From Candidatus Nanopelagicales bacterium (GTDB lineage: Bacteria; Actinomycetota; Actinomycetes; S36-B12; UBA10799), in NCBI GenBank assembly GCA_018003655.1, contig JAGNDY010000002.1:926-64925 (forward strand): a stretch of DNA of 64,000 nucleotides, written 5' to 3'. Every line of letters begins with the position of its first letter. Positions within the stretch are counted from its first letter, which is position 1. Made by a program: the position numbers and the translations under genes. The notes beneath the pieces were generated by a model. That model worked only from the letters and a program-made list of their open reading frames with translations, was not told where the DNA came from and did not search any database. Shown here piece by piece: positions 9,240-18,770 of this stretch.

Positions 9240-10604
9240 CTAGATACCGAGCCGAGTGGCCAGGTCTGACTGCATCCGCCTCGACGGGTCGTAGCGGTCC
9301 CGCACTGCTTGCCACTGCCGGAGCTGCGGGTACATCGTGTCGACCAGGTCAGGCCGCAGCCGCGAGTCCTTGGTGAAGTAGATCCGGCCACCGGCCTGCG
9401 CCACCTGCTCGTCGAGCCGATCGAGTACCCGTCCGAGGCCCGCGACCCGTGCGGGGATGTCGAGCGCGAGCGTCCAGCCGGTCATGGGGAAAGAAAGCGG
9501 GGCCTGATTGCCCGGTCCGAAGCGTTTGAGGACGGTCAAGAACGACACGCCCCCGGTCGCCGCGATGGTTCGTAGCGCGCGGCCGATGAGTTCCGAGCCC
9601 GAGTCGGGGACGACGAATTGGTACTGCAGGAATCCGGGGGCACCATAGATGCGGTTCCAGTCACCGACCATGTCGAGTGGATGGAAGAAGCTCGCCATCG
9701 ACGTCAACTGCGCGGCGGCGGTCTTCGGAGTCTTGCGGAACCACAGTTCGTTGAACGCCGCCACCGACAGCTTGTTCAGCGACCTACTCGGAAGGTTGAT
9801 CGGGAATGCGACTGGATCGCTGATCGACATCGCTAGGGGATCAGCGCGGCCCGGAGTGTCAGCGGCCACCGCGTGATCGCCGTGGCTGATCAGCCCGCGC
9901 CCGAACCGCGAGCCCTTCGCCAAGCTATCCACCCACGCGACCGTGTAGGGCACGGACTTGTCGATCTCCATCATCCTCGACATGACGTCGTCGAGGTTGG
10001 CTGCGCGCTCGTTCGTGGCCTTGATCAGGGACGACTCGATCGGCTGCAGCTGCACTCGTGCGCGGGTGATCACACCAGTCAGGCCCATGCCCGCCACGGT
10101 CGCCCAAAAGAGCTCCGGTTCCGATTCCGGCGAGCAGTTCAGCACGGTGCCTGCCCCGGTCACCACGGTCAGGTCCACGACGTGCTGGCCGAAGCTGCCA
10201 ACGGCGTGGTGGTTCTTGCCGTGCACGTCGGAGGCAATCGCGCCGCCTACCGTCACATATCGAGTCCCCGGCGTGACTGGCACGAACCAGCCTTTTGGCA
10301 CAAAGGTTCGGATCAGGTGATCAATCGACACCCCAGCCTCAACGTCGACCACCCCGGTCGTCGCGTCGAATCCGAGGATGCGATCGCACCTGGTGAGGTC
10401 AATCGTCGTGCCGCCGGCCACTTGCGCCGCGTCGCCATAGGAGCGGCCCAGGCCTCTGGCGATCACCGAGCCCTCGGCTTGCCCGACGACGTCTGCGACG
10501 TTGCGGTAGTCCTCTGGGACGACGACGTCAGAGGTGACTGGCGCTGTCCGGCCCCACCCCGCGATGAGCCTGCGGGAATGTCCGGTGACGGCAATCTCGG
10601 TCAT
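9240..10604 (-). CDS. dprE1: decaprenylphosphoryl-beta-D-ribose 2'-oxidase (FAD)
   Basis: 454 aa with the blocks ARGLGRSYGDAAQ, GGAIASDVHGKNHH, FGPGNQAPLSFPMTGW and GGRIYFTKDSR. These match my recollection of M. tuberculosis DprE1. Confidence 0.85.
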   Translation of the reverse strand: MTEIAVTGHSRRLIAGWGRTAPVTSDVVVPEDYRNVADVVGQAEGSVIARGLGRSYGDAAQVAGGTTIDLTRCDRILGFDATTGVVDVEAGVSIDHLIRTFVPKGWFVPVTPGTRYVTVGGAIASDVHGKNHHAVGSFGQHVVDLTVVTGAGTVLNCSPESEPELFWATVAGMGLTGVITRARVQLQPIESSLIKATNERAANLDDVMSRMMEIDKSVPYTVAWVDSLAKGSRFGRGLISHGDHAVAADTPGRADPLAMSISDPVAFPINLPSRSLNKLSVAAFNELWFRKTPKTAAAQLTSMASFFHPLDMVGDWNRIYGAPGFLQYQFVVPDSGSELIGRALRTIAATGGVSFLTVLKRFGPGNQAPLSFPMTGWTLALDIPARVAGLGRVLDRLDEQVAQAGGRIYFTKDSRLRPDLVDTMYPQLRQWQAVRDRYDPSRRMQSDLATRLGI

Positions 10605-11479
10605 CTCGCGGCCACCTGCGCTACGAACAGTCCGACCCAGATCAATCCGAGGATCAACAGCACCGGATCAGCCAGGACAACGTCCTCGGGTGCTTCGGCG
10701 AGGGCAGCGTCAGCATCTCGGGCGAATCGCATCATCGCCAGGGTGAACGGAATGATCGACAAGGATGCCCACGGGCCTGCCAGCGGATGGGCACGGTCGA
10801 TCTCCAGTGCCCAGAGGACATACCCGACCAGGGCCACCGAGCCGGAGATCGCTATCAACGTGCGCAGGTATCCCGGGGTGTAACCAGCCAGTGATCGTCG
10901 GGTGATCTGCACCGACTGGTCTTGGGCCATGATCTCCGAGTACCGCTTACCTACCGCCATGAACAGCGCTCCGAATCCGACGACGACCAGGAACGCGTTG
11001 GAGATCACCACACCCGTGGCGACACCACCAGCGATAGCTCGTAGGAGAAATCCGGCGGCGACGCTGGCGACGTCGAGCACTGCCTCGTGCTTGAGACGCC
11101 ACACATACGCTGCCTGAAGCACCAAGTAGCCCGCGATGATCGCGGCCAAGCGTGGGTTGCCAAGTAGCAGCGGCAAGACCAGCGAGATCAGTGCCAGCAC
11201 CGCGGCAACGACACCGGCGGTCCGCGGCGAGACGATTCCAGCCGCGATTGCACGGTTGCGTTTGGAGGCGTGCTGGCGGTCGGCCTCCACGTCTAACACG
11301 TCGTTGGTCATATAGGTCGCGGAGGCGGCGCAACAGAAGATGAAGAAGGCCAGCAGCGTCCACAGCAGTGCCTTGGGCTGCAAGATGACACCAGCCGCCA
11401 CGGGTGCGGCAAACACCAAGACGTTCTTGACCCACTGTTTGGGTCGGGCTGCAGTGAGCAGTGCGCGCGCGCGAGTCAT
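10601..11479 (-). CDS. UbiA-family decaprenyl-phosphate phosphoribosyltransferase
   Basis: A polytopic UbiA-type protein (RPKQWVKNVLVFAAP, NDVLDVEADRQHASKRNR) sitting upstream of dprE1/dprE2. ATG 11479 forms an ATGA overlap with the upstream stop. Confidence 0.8.
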   Translation of the reverse strand: MTRARALLTAARPKQWVKNVLVFAAPVAAGVILQPKALLWTLLAFFIFCCAASATYMTNDVLDVEADRQHASKRNRAIAAGIVSPRTAGVVAAVLALISLVLPLLLGNPRLAAIIAGYLVLQAAYVWRLKHEAVLDVASVAAGFLLRAIAGGVATGVVISNAFLVVVGFGALFMAVGKRYSEIMAQDQSVQITRRSLAGYTPGYLRTLIAISGSVALVGYVLWALEIDRAHPLAGPWASLSIIPFTLAMMRFARDADAALAEAPEDVVLADPVLLILGLIWVGLFVAQVAAR

Positions 11480-12330
11480 GACGTCCTTCGGAGGACCATC
11501 CAGAGATTCCAGGAGAAGACCTCTCGGAAGCCAGGAACCAAGGTGATCCAATTCGCCCAACTCGGGTAATACCGCGGACGCGCCTCCACCAGTTCCGCGT
11601 TGCCGAGGCTTTTTGCCCACTTGAGCCCGTCAGCGACCGAAACGCGGTAGAGGTTCTCGTCGACGCGATGCTTGCCGCGGTGTCCGTGCTTTCGCTCAAA
11701 ACGGCGAAACGCATGCTCGGCACCGAGGTAATGGTGGGGAGACATCTCGTGCCCACCCCACGGCGATAGCCAATTGGTGTACGAGATGACGGCGTAGCCG
11801 CCGATCTTCGTCACGCGCATCATCTCGTTGCCAAATGCCGCTGGATCAGGAACATGCTCAAGCACGTTCGACGCGAGCACAATGTCAGCACATCCAGACC
11901 GAAAGGGCAGAGCGAGGCCATCGCCCGCGATTGGCAACGCGCGGTCCGACGTCGCAAACTCCAGCATTGACACGTCGGGGTCGAGTCCCGCGTAAATGCT
12001 TCCTGCGTCAACAAAAGCGTCGGCGAACTGAGGTCGGCCAGCGCCAATATCCAGGACGACAGCACCGTCGACGCTCCGGTGGCGCTCGATCCCGCGGATC
12101 GTGTCAGCCGCGAGGGTCGAGTAGAACACCTCTGGCTGAGTCTGCTCTAGCCGGAACGCCTTGAATAGATCGACCGAGCGGCGAATGCCGTCGCGTCCTA
12201 CCGTTTGTCCCGCCACGAGACGCCACCCTAGCCAATCGCCGGCCAAAGCCTGGCAAATCGGCCCTATCCCGCGACCTCGTCGAATCCCAGCAACCAATTC
12301 CCATCGGTGCGCGCCTGCTACAGCGAACAA
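11476..12330 (-). CDS. class I SAM-dependent methyltransferase
   Basis: Has motif I VVLDIGAGRPQF and the later block DIVLASNVLEHVPDP. It is the first gene of the MT-ubiA-dprE1-dprE2-coaE string. Confidence 0.7.
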   Translation of the reverse strand: MFAVAGAHRWELVAGIRRGRGIGPICQALAGDWLGWRLVAGQTVGRDGIRRSVDLFKAFRLEQTQPEVFYSTLAADTIRGIERHRSVDGAVVLDIGAGRPQFADAFVDAGSIYAGLDPDVSMLEFATSDRALPIAGDGLALPFRSGCADIVLASNVLEHVPDPAAFGNEMMRVTKIGGYAVISYTNWLSPWGGHEMSPHHYLGAEHAFRRFERKHGHRGKHRVDENLYRVSVADGLKWAKSLGNAELVEARPRYYPSWANWITLVPGFREVFSWNLWMVLRRTS

Positions 12331-12371
12331 TGGGCTAGCGTCTACCTGCGCAGCAAGAAGCCCAGCCGAAT

Positions 12372-14447
12372 GTGAGCCTCATGTCCTTCTCCAGCCCAAC
12401 GACTGACCTGCCAAAGTCTGGGGCAACGCAGTCAGGCACCGGTCCGACCGCGTCAGCGCTCACCTACGAACCGTCACTTGATGGTTTGCGGGCGGTGGCC
12501 GTGCTTGCAGTCATGGGTTACCACTTCACTCTGCCGGGGATCACGGGTGGCTTCCTTGGTGTGGACGTTTTCTTCGTCCTCTCCGGCTACCTGATCACCT
12601 CGATTCTGCTGCGTGAACACCAGCGACAGGGCGCTATCAACTACGTCGCATTCTGGGGTCGCCGAGCGCGACGGCTTTTCCCTGCGCTGTCGGTGATGCT
12701 CTTGGGCGTTTGCGTCTATGCCGTCTTCAGCCCGGCTCTTGAGCAAGTGACCATTCGCGGTCAGGGAATCGCAACGCTGTTCTACGTCAACAACTGGTGG
12801 ATCATCCTGTCCGGCCAGTCCTACTTCGATCAGTTCCAAGCTCCCTCCCCACTGATCCATACGTGGTCGCTGGGGGTTGAAGAACAGTGGTACCTGCTTT
12901 TTCCCGTGCTTCTCGCCGGGCTTCTCCTGTGGCGTTTGCGCGCGGACGGCCGCCTGGTTGCCGCTCTTGGGACATTGGCCGTCGCCTCGACGCTGTGGAC
13001 GGGCTTTCTCGCCAACGGCGGCGCGTCGGCAGACCGGCTCTATCTCGGTACCGACACTCGCGCCCAGGAATTGCTGGTCGGGGCAACGCTGGCAGCGTGG
13101 GCGCAGTGGCGTCGTGCGCAGGGTCAAACCGTTTTGCCCGGGTGGGCCAGGCACAGCGGCGCGTGGGGACTGGCCTTGCTGGGAGCTGTTGTACTCGCAT
13201 TCTTCCTCGTCAGCGAAACGGACCGCGGACTGTTCTACGGCGGCATGCTCGCCTTCTCGCTGGTTGTGGCCGGGCTCATCGCCGTGTGCAGCACACCGGG
13301 ATCCAACCTCACGAACAAGACGCTGTCGTGGGAGCCTCTGCGCAAGATCGGGCTGATCTCCTACGGCCTCTACTTATGGCACTGGCCGCTGCTGGTCATC
13401 TTGACCCCGGCGCGCGTCGGTGTGGACGGCCTCTTGCTGTTCGCGGTACGGATGGTGTTGACGTTCATCCTGGCGATCGCGTCATATGTCTTCGTTGAAA
13501 TGCCTATTCGGCGGGGCGCGTTGAAGCGCAAGTTCGGCAGCCAGGGTCAAATTGGAATCGCATTCGCATCGGTCGCAATCCTTCTCGTTGCGGTCATGGG
13601 CTCAACGGCAATGGGTGCCCGCGAGGCAGCCAATAATCCGGAACTGCTGAACAACAAGACCAAAGACATCACCTACACCGGGATCGGTCCCAGAGTCTTC
13701 ATCATCGGCGATTCAGTGCCGTATGGCTTGCGTGAGAACTTTCCCCAGCAGGGTATGCAGTTCGCAGTCGGTGGCGCGACCGAACTCGGGTGCGGCCAAT
13801 TCCCGACTACGTACGTGCTGGCCGGAAGTGACGAGGAGTCAGATCCAAAGTGCTACCAGTGGGTAGACAGGCGCGGCGAACTGCTCGACGCTGCCAACGC
13901 CGACCTGGCCGTGCTCTTCCTCGGTCACTACCAGCAATACGACATTCGGATCAACGGTCAGGTCGTGCGCCAGGGAACTCCCGAGTACGAAGCCTGGCTG
14001 ACGGCACAGATCGAACGCGCGATTGCCGATTTGCGACGTGGCGGTAAGAAGGTCGCGCTAGTCAATGTCCCATGCCACCGCACCGTTGAGACTGCGACCA
14101 ATCCGAAATCCATCGCAATGAATGACGACACCAGGGTCGCGTGGCTCAACGGTGTCATCGCGAAGGTGGCTGCCCAAGACGGCAACGTCCCGGTGGTCGA
14201 TCTTGACGCGTGGGAATGCGGTGCCGGCAAGGATCCGGAGAACATCGACGGCGTAGCGATGCGTGTCGACGGTCTTCACTACACGCCAGAGGGTGCTGAT
14301 CTGGTGTGGAGTTTCCTCCAGAGCCAATTCCTCCAGATCATCGGAAGTGAGCCTGTCCCAGCCACGACCCCGGCACCGGACTCAGCCGGTAAGGCTAAGG
14401 ATCGGGCCAAGGCGAAGAAGAAGACCAAGGCCGCCGCCGCCTCCTGA
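12372..14447 (+). CDS. acyltransferase-3 (AT3) membrane domain fused to an SGNH-like domain
   Basis: The N-terminal block LDGLRAVAVLAVMGYHF plus about 10 transmembrane helices marks the AT3 part. The C-terminal soluble part carries VFIIGDSVPYG. Alternative start ATG 12381. Confidence 0.8.
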   Translation: MSLMSFSSPTTDLPKSGATQSGTGPTASALTYEPSLDGLRAVAVLAVMGYHFTLPGITGGFLGVDVFFVLSGYLITSILLREHQRQGAINYVAFWGRRARRLFPALSVMLLGVCVYAVFSPALEQVTIRGQGIATLFYVNNWWIILSGQSYFDQFQAPSPLIHTWSLGVEEQWYLLFPVLLAGLLLWRLRADGRLVAALGTLAVASTLWTGFLANGGASADRLYLGTDTRAQELLVGATLAAWAQWRRAQGQTVLPGWARHSGAWGLALLGAVVLAFFLVSETDRGLFYGGMLAFSLVVAGLIAVCSTPGSNLTNKTLSWEPLRKIGLISYGLYLWHWPLLVILTPARVGVDGLLLFAVRMVLTFILAIASYVFVEMPIRRGALKRKFGSQGQIGIAFASVAILLVAVMGSTAMGAREAANNPELLNNKTKDITYTGIGPRVFIIGDSVPYGLRENFPQQGMQFAVGGATELGCGQFPTTYVLAGSDEESDPKCYQWVDRRGELLDAANADLAVLFLGHYQQYDIRINGQVVRQGTPEYEAWLTAQIERAIADLRRGGKKVALVNVPCHRTVETATNPKSIAMNDDTRVAWLNGVIAKVAAQDGNVPVVDLDAWECGAGKDPENIDGVAMRVDGLHYTPEGADLVWSFLQSQFLQIIGSEPVPATTPAPDSAGKAKDRAKAKKKTKAAAAS

Positions 14448-14515
14448 CAGCCAAAATCTCGGCCCATCCTGGACGAGATCACCAGCGAGATAGTGCCCGC
14501 CGATTGCTGCTTCGA

Positions 14516-14893
14516 CTACTCAGTCACGGTCTTGCGCCCGCTGCCGTCCTTGGCGAATCCGAAGACGGCCGCACCACCCACGGCGATCACCAGTCCGCCA
14601 ATGAGCACTGTCACGGCTTGGACCCGGCTCTGCGCTGCCGCCGGGCCGCAGGCGAAGGACTGCACTCCACTGGTTGGTGAAGCCGCACTCCCACAGTCGA
14701 GTTTGGCGCCATCCGTTGCCTGGACAGTGACCGGTACATAGAACAGTCCCCCGGCAACGACCCAGAGAACCGCACCAATAAGGATGGCCAATTTCGCCCC
14801 ACGGCTCAACTCCCTCGGAACCGGTTGCGATCCCGGCACCGGTTGAACGGTTTGGCCTTGTTGGCCTTGCTGGCCAGCGATATCCACGTCCAC
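14516..14893 (-). CDS. hypothetical two-TM membrane protein
   Basis: 125-aa ORF with two hydrophobic helices flanking a Cys-containing loop. It does not overlap any better ORF. There is no obvious SD sequence, and it uses a GTG start. Confidence 0.4.
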   Translation of the reverse strand: MDVDIAGQQGQQGQTVQPVPGSQPVPRELSRGAKLAILIGAVLWVVAGGLFYVPVTVQATDGAKLDCGSAASPTSGVQSFACGPAAAQSRVQAVTVLIGGLVIAVGGAAVFGFAKDGSGRKTVTE

Positions 14894-15008
14894 GGGGCAA
14901 CCTTACGACGAAATCCGAGTCAGTACCCGCCCCGCGCCGGTTTGAGCCGTAGAGTGCAACTTCGAACGGCGAGAATTGCCAGCAGCACACCAGGAGGGTT
15001 CCGCAGTC

Positions 15009-18000
15009 ATGTCCCTCCTGACCCGTCCCCCGATCGACGACGGCTCAGCCCCAGACGAGCAACGCCGGAGCCCGTTCACCGACCTGTTGTCGCGTTTCAA
15101 ACAGCGGTGGCAGTCCAGGCGAACGATCGGACCGGCAGAGCGGCTCAGCTACTTCCTGTTGGCACTCGCTGTGGCTGCACCAATCATGCTCAGTCAATTG
15201 GGCCTTTACACCCCTGACATCAAGATCGAGGTCTACCTCAACCCGTGGCATCGATTCGCGCTGGACCTTTCGACGTGGCTGCCTGACCCGCAGGCTGGGG
15301 CGGGCAACTACAACCTCGGGCTTGCTCCAGTCGACTTCGCGATGGGGATCCTGCACAGTCTGGGATTCTCGCCCGAACTGTCGATGCGGTTCACCAAGCT
15401 CGTGCTCGTGCTCTTTGGGGCCTGGGGTGCTGTCCGGTTCCTGCGTGATGTCACCGCAGACAGGGCCTCAACGATTACCCGGGTCGCCCTCGCCGTCGTC
15501 TACGTCGCGAACCCGTACGCCATTGTCGGTGCCTCCCAACTGGCCATCCAACTGCCCTACGCCCTGCTGCCTTGGTTCCTGATCGTCGTCAACCTCGCTG
15601 TCCGGCGGGGCGGTTGGCGCTGGCCCGCGCTGGCCGCACTGATCTTCTTCTCGATGTCGGGAATGAACACCGGTGTTGTCCCGATCATTCAGTGCGTCGT
15701 CATCCCAGTTCTCGTGGTGTGGGTCAGTCGGATCTGGGGCATCGACTGGAAGACAACACTGCGGGCGCTCCTTCGGATCCTGCTTCTGATTGCGCTGGTG
15801 TCGCTCTACTGGCTGGTTCCGGCCGTATTTGCGTTCGGTGCGGCAACCAACATCGTCGACAACACCGAATCGATTCAGACCATCAATTCGGTGTCCTCGT
15901 TCGCCGAGGTTCTGCGTGGCCTGGGTATGTGGACCATGTACGGGCAGAGCCCTGTGACAGGTCCCTGGCAACCGGGTTTCATGCCCTATCTGAACAACCC
16001 TTTCGTGATCATCGCGTCATTTGTGTTTCCGCTCATGGCCTTGGTGGGCCTCATTGTCAGCCGCGGGCGCGTGCGACTACTCGCATTCGGGATGGCCCTG
16101 AGCGCAGCAATCCTGATGGTCGGCCTCTATCCACCGGATAACCCGACACCATTCGGCAGGGTCCTGAGCGCGGCATTTGATTTCTTGCCGGGTGCGATTG
16201 CGTTCAGGACAACCAACAAGGCTGGGGCCGGGCTGGCACTCGGGCTGTCCATCCTGGTGGCGCTCGGAATTGGCACCCTGGCACCGCGTTGGCGAACGTT
16301 CGGGCAACGCTCGTTGGCAATCGGAACCTCGTTGGTTCTCGTTGGGCTGGCTGCCCAGCCAGCTGTCGTGGGCGAGTTGTATACCGGTCGCTGGGATATT
16401 CCGTCCTACTGGGCCACTGTCGGCGCCCGACTCGACGCCGGGTCGGCCCGCAGCAGGGTCTGGTGGCTGCCCGGGCAAGTGCTGGCACGCTACCGCTGGT
16501 CCACCGACAGCTACGACGATCTGCCCTTCAGCATCCTGAACACTCGCCACTCCATGCTGCGAACCGCTCTACCGACGACTTCTCCCCACCTGTCCAATTT
16601 CCTCGCTGCATCCGACATCGGACTGCAGTCGGGCTCACTGAGCCAAAGCGCCGTCTCGGATGCTGGTTGGTATCTGGGAGTCAGCGACATACTGCTGCGA
16701 AATGATTTCGATTGGGAGGCTTTCACCGGCGGCCGGCCGTCCATCGTCCAGCCCAGACTCGACACCGATCCCGGTCTGACCCAGGACGGGACGTTAGGTC
16801 GACCCGGCCAAAACGTCATCAGTCCGCGCGAATTGGCCAACAACCCACTGACCCGATTCGACGCAGACACTCCACCATTGCATTTCTACAAGCAGACCGC
16901 GGCGGGGAGCATCGTCCGATCCGAAGATCCGTCACGGACGGCCGTCATCGACGGTGATGGCTTCGCTTTCAGCGGCGCCGCTCAGTTCGGTGTGCTGACT
17001 GGTCAGCGCCCGTTCACCTATGCCGGCGACCTGACTTCGGAAGAATTCGCGCGCCAACTCGGCACCGGACACGAGTTGGTCTTCACCGACTCGAATCAAC
17101 GTCGGAACATCAACCAGACGGTCCTCCTGGGTGCCCTCGGCCCGATCCAGGGCGCTGGCCAGCCGCTCACCAGCGCCACCCGAACCCTGTGGCCATCTAC
17201 GCCCGCCCGCCAAGCGGTCCTCGATTGGGAGGGTGCGTCTTCGGTCACACCGTTCGGTTTCAATGACCCCACGATGCCGTTCGGCTCCCCCCAGTTCGCT
17301 TTTGACAAGGGCCTGAACACCGCCTGGCAAATCGGTGATGGCTTCACCAACACGGTGGGTTCCGGGGCCACTGTGCGCTTCGCTGCGCCCCGAACCATCC
17401 GCGGCATATCGATCGCCAACCTTCCCAAATCGGGCGCCGAGAGCTTCCGGATCTCGGCGGGGACGGCATCCCAAACGGCCAAGGTGGACGCGACCGGCTT
17501 CGCCAGCGTCGACCTGGGTGGCGTCGAATCTGATCAGGTCAAGATTGAAGTCAATTCCCTCAAGCCCGGACGCACGCCGCCGGTGTTCATCAATCACATT
17601 TCAATCGACGGGGCCGATATCCTTCCGGTCACCAAGACGTCGTCGCAGTTGTCAGATCTGGTCGGCGACGCCGTCCAGAAGAACAGCAGCGAGATCGCTC
17701 GCACGCCGATGACGGTTCTGCTGGAACGGGACGCACAGGGCCCGCTTGCGGACGACGATCTCGAGCCGACGCTTGAGCGGAACATCATGTTCCCGGCCGT
17801 CCGAAAGGTCGAGGAGTATGGCGTTGCCGAAGGCGGAGGCACCGGAAAGCCGGACAAGAAGGGATGCTTAACGGCATCGACCCTCAATGGCCAGCCCATG
17901 CGGGTAAAGCCGGTTGGCGGCAAGGCAACGGAGGCACCGTGGTTGTTCACCGGCTGCGACTCGGTCACCCTGAATCCAGGTACGAACCGCCTGCGGTCGG

Positions 18001-18770
18001 TCAATGGTGTCGTCATCAACTCGTTGGCCATGAGAGACCCAAAAGCGTCCGCCCAACCACTAACTCCCCCCACCTCGGCCACGTCGGTCGTCACCTCGAC
18101 GGCGACTGAGACCACGGCGAAATTCGATAGCAGCGACAGGCCGCAGTTGGCTGTCTTCAGCCAGACCCTCGGCCCGGGATGGAAGTCGACCCTGGATGGA
18201 CAGCCAGTCAACCCATTCATCGTCGACGGACACGCTGCGGCCATCGCGCTTCCCGCAGGCGGTGCTCACGAGGTCACCCTGAAGTACGAACCCCAGGGCT
18301 CTGCCGTGTGGTCCCGATACATCTCGGTCATTGCGTTGGCGCTGTGCCTCCTTCTGTGGCTGGCTCCAGGCAGGCTGCGCCGCGTGCGCGCAGTGACTGG
18401 GGCACCCACCGACCCACCAACCGCTACCGACGCGGCCAACGGCCGGCTTTGGACGTACCTGCGAAACCCATCCCGCGCCGCGATCGCGGTCAGCATTGGC
18501 GCTTTTGTGTTCGGCGGCTTGCTCATTGGGGTTGTGACAGCCGCCCTGTGCGCTGCCGCGTTCCTGTTTAACATCGGTTCGCGGCGGATCTTTGCAGCGG
18601 CCTTGCTGCTTCTGGCAGCCGCGCCATTCGCGTGGATCGCTGGCAATGTGTCCCAGTGGTCGTTGGCCTCGCCAGTGCTCGTGACCCGAAACCCGGCACC
18701 AGCCATCCTCACTGCTGTGGCGCTCGCCTTGGCGTTACTGGGAGTCCTCTGGCGGAAGCACCGGCCGTGA
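15009..18770 (+). CDS. AftD-like (DUF3367-type) GT-C glycosyltransferase, divergent paralog
   Basis: About 1250 aa with a polytopic N-terminus (YTPDIKIEVYLNPW..), a large soluble middle and a C-terminal TM bundle, the same architecture as the ORF at 27486-31691. ATG 15009 is preceded by AGGAGGG. The ORF-track start is TTG 14976. Confidence 0.7.
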   Translation: MSLLTRPPIDDGSAPDEQRRSPFTDLLSRFKQRWQSRRTIGPAERLSYFLLALAVAAPIMLSQLGLYTPDIKIEVYLNPWHRFALDLSTWLPDPQAGAGNYNLGLAPVDFAMGILHSLGFSPELSMRFTKLVLVLFGAWGAVRFLRDVTADRASTITRVALAVVYVANPYAIVGASQLAIQLPYALLPWFLIVVNLAVRRGGWRWPALAALIFFSMSGMNTGVVPIIQCVVIPVLVVWVSRIWGIDWKTTLRALLRILLLIALVSLYWLVPAVFAFGAATNIVDNTESIQTINSVSSFAEVLRGLGMWTMYGQSPVTGPWQPGFMPYLNNPFVIIASFVFPLMALVGLIVSRGRVRLLAFGMALSAAILMVGLYPPDNPTPFGRVLSAAFDFLPGAIAFRTTNKAGAGLALGLSILVALGIGTLAPRWRTFGQRSLAIGTSLVLVGLAAQPAVVGELYTGRWDIPSYWATVGARLDAGSARSRVWWLPGQVLARYRWSTDSYDDLPFSILNTRHSMLRTALPTTSPHLSNFLAASDIGLQSGSLSQSAVSDAGWYLGVSDILLRNDFDWEAFTGGRPSIVQPRLDTDPGLTQDGTLGRPGQNVISPRELANNPLTRFDADTPPLHFYKQTAAGSIVRSEDPSRTAVIDGDGFAFSGAAQFGVLTGQRPFTYAGDLTSEEFARQLGTGHELVFTDSNQRRNINQTVLLGALGPIQGAGQPLTSATRTLWPSTPARQAVLDWEGASSVTPFGFNDPTMPFGSPQFAFDKGLNTAWQIGDGFTNTVGSGATVRFAAPRTIRGISIANLPKSGAESFRISAGTASQTAKVDATGFASVDLGGVESDQVKIEVNSLKPGRTPPVFINHISIDGADILPVTKTSSQLSDLVGDAVQKNSSEIARTPMTVLLERDAQGPLADDDLEPTLERNIMFPAVRKVEEYGVAEGGGTGKPDKKGCLTASTLNGQPMRVKPVGGKATEAPWLFTGCDSVTLNPGTNRLRSVNGVVINSLAMRDPKASAQPLTPPTSATSVVTSTATETTAKFDSSDRPQLAVFSQTLGPGWKSTLDGQPVNPFIVDGHAAAIALPAGGAHEVTLKYEPQGSAVWSRYISVIALALCLLLWLAPGRLRRVRAVTGAPTDPPTATDAANGRLWTYLRNPSRAAIAVSIGAFVFGGLLIGVVTAALCAAAFLFNIGSRRIFAAALLLLAAAPFAWIAGNVSQWSLASPVLVTRNPAPAILTAVALALALLGVLWRKHRP

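Noticed and set aside
14830-14880. Short tandem TTGGCC/CTGGCC repeats
   Set aside because: They simply encode a QQGQQGQ stretch at the N-terminus of the 125-aa ORF. There is no array structure, and they are too short to be a meaningful repeat locus.
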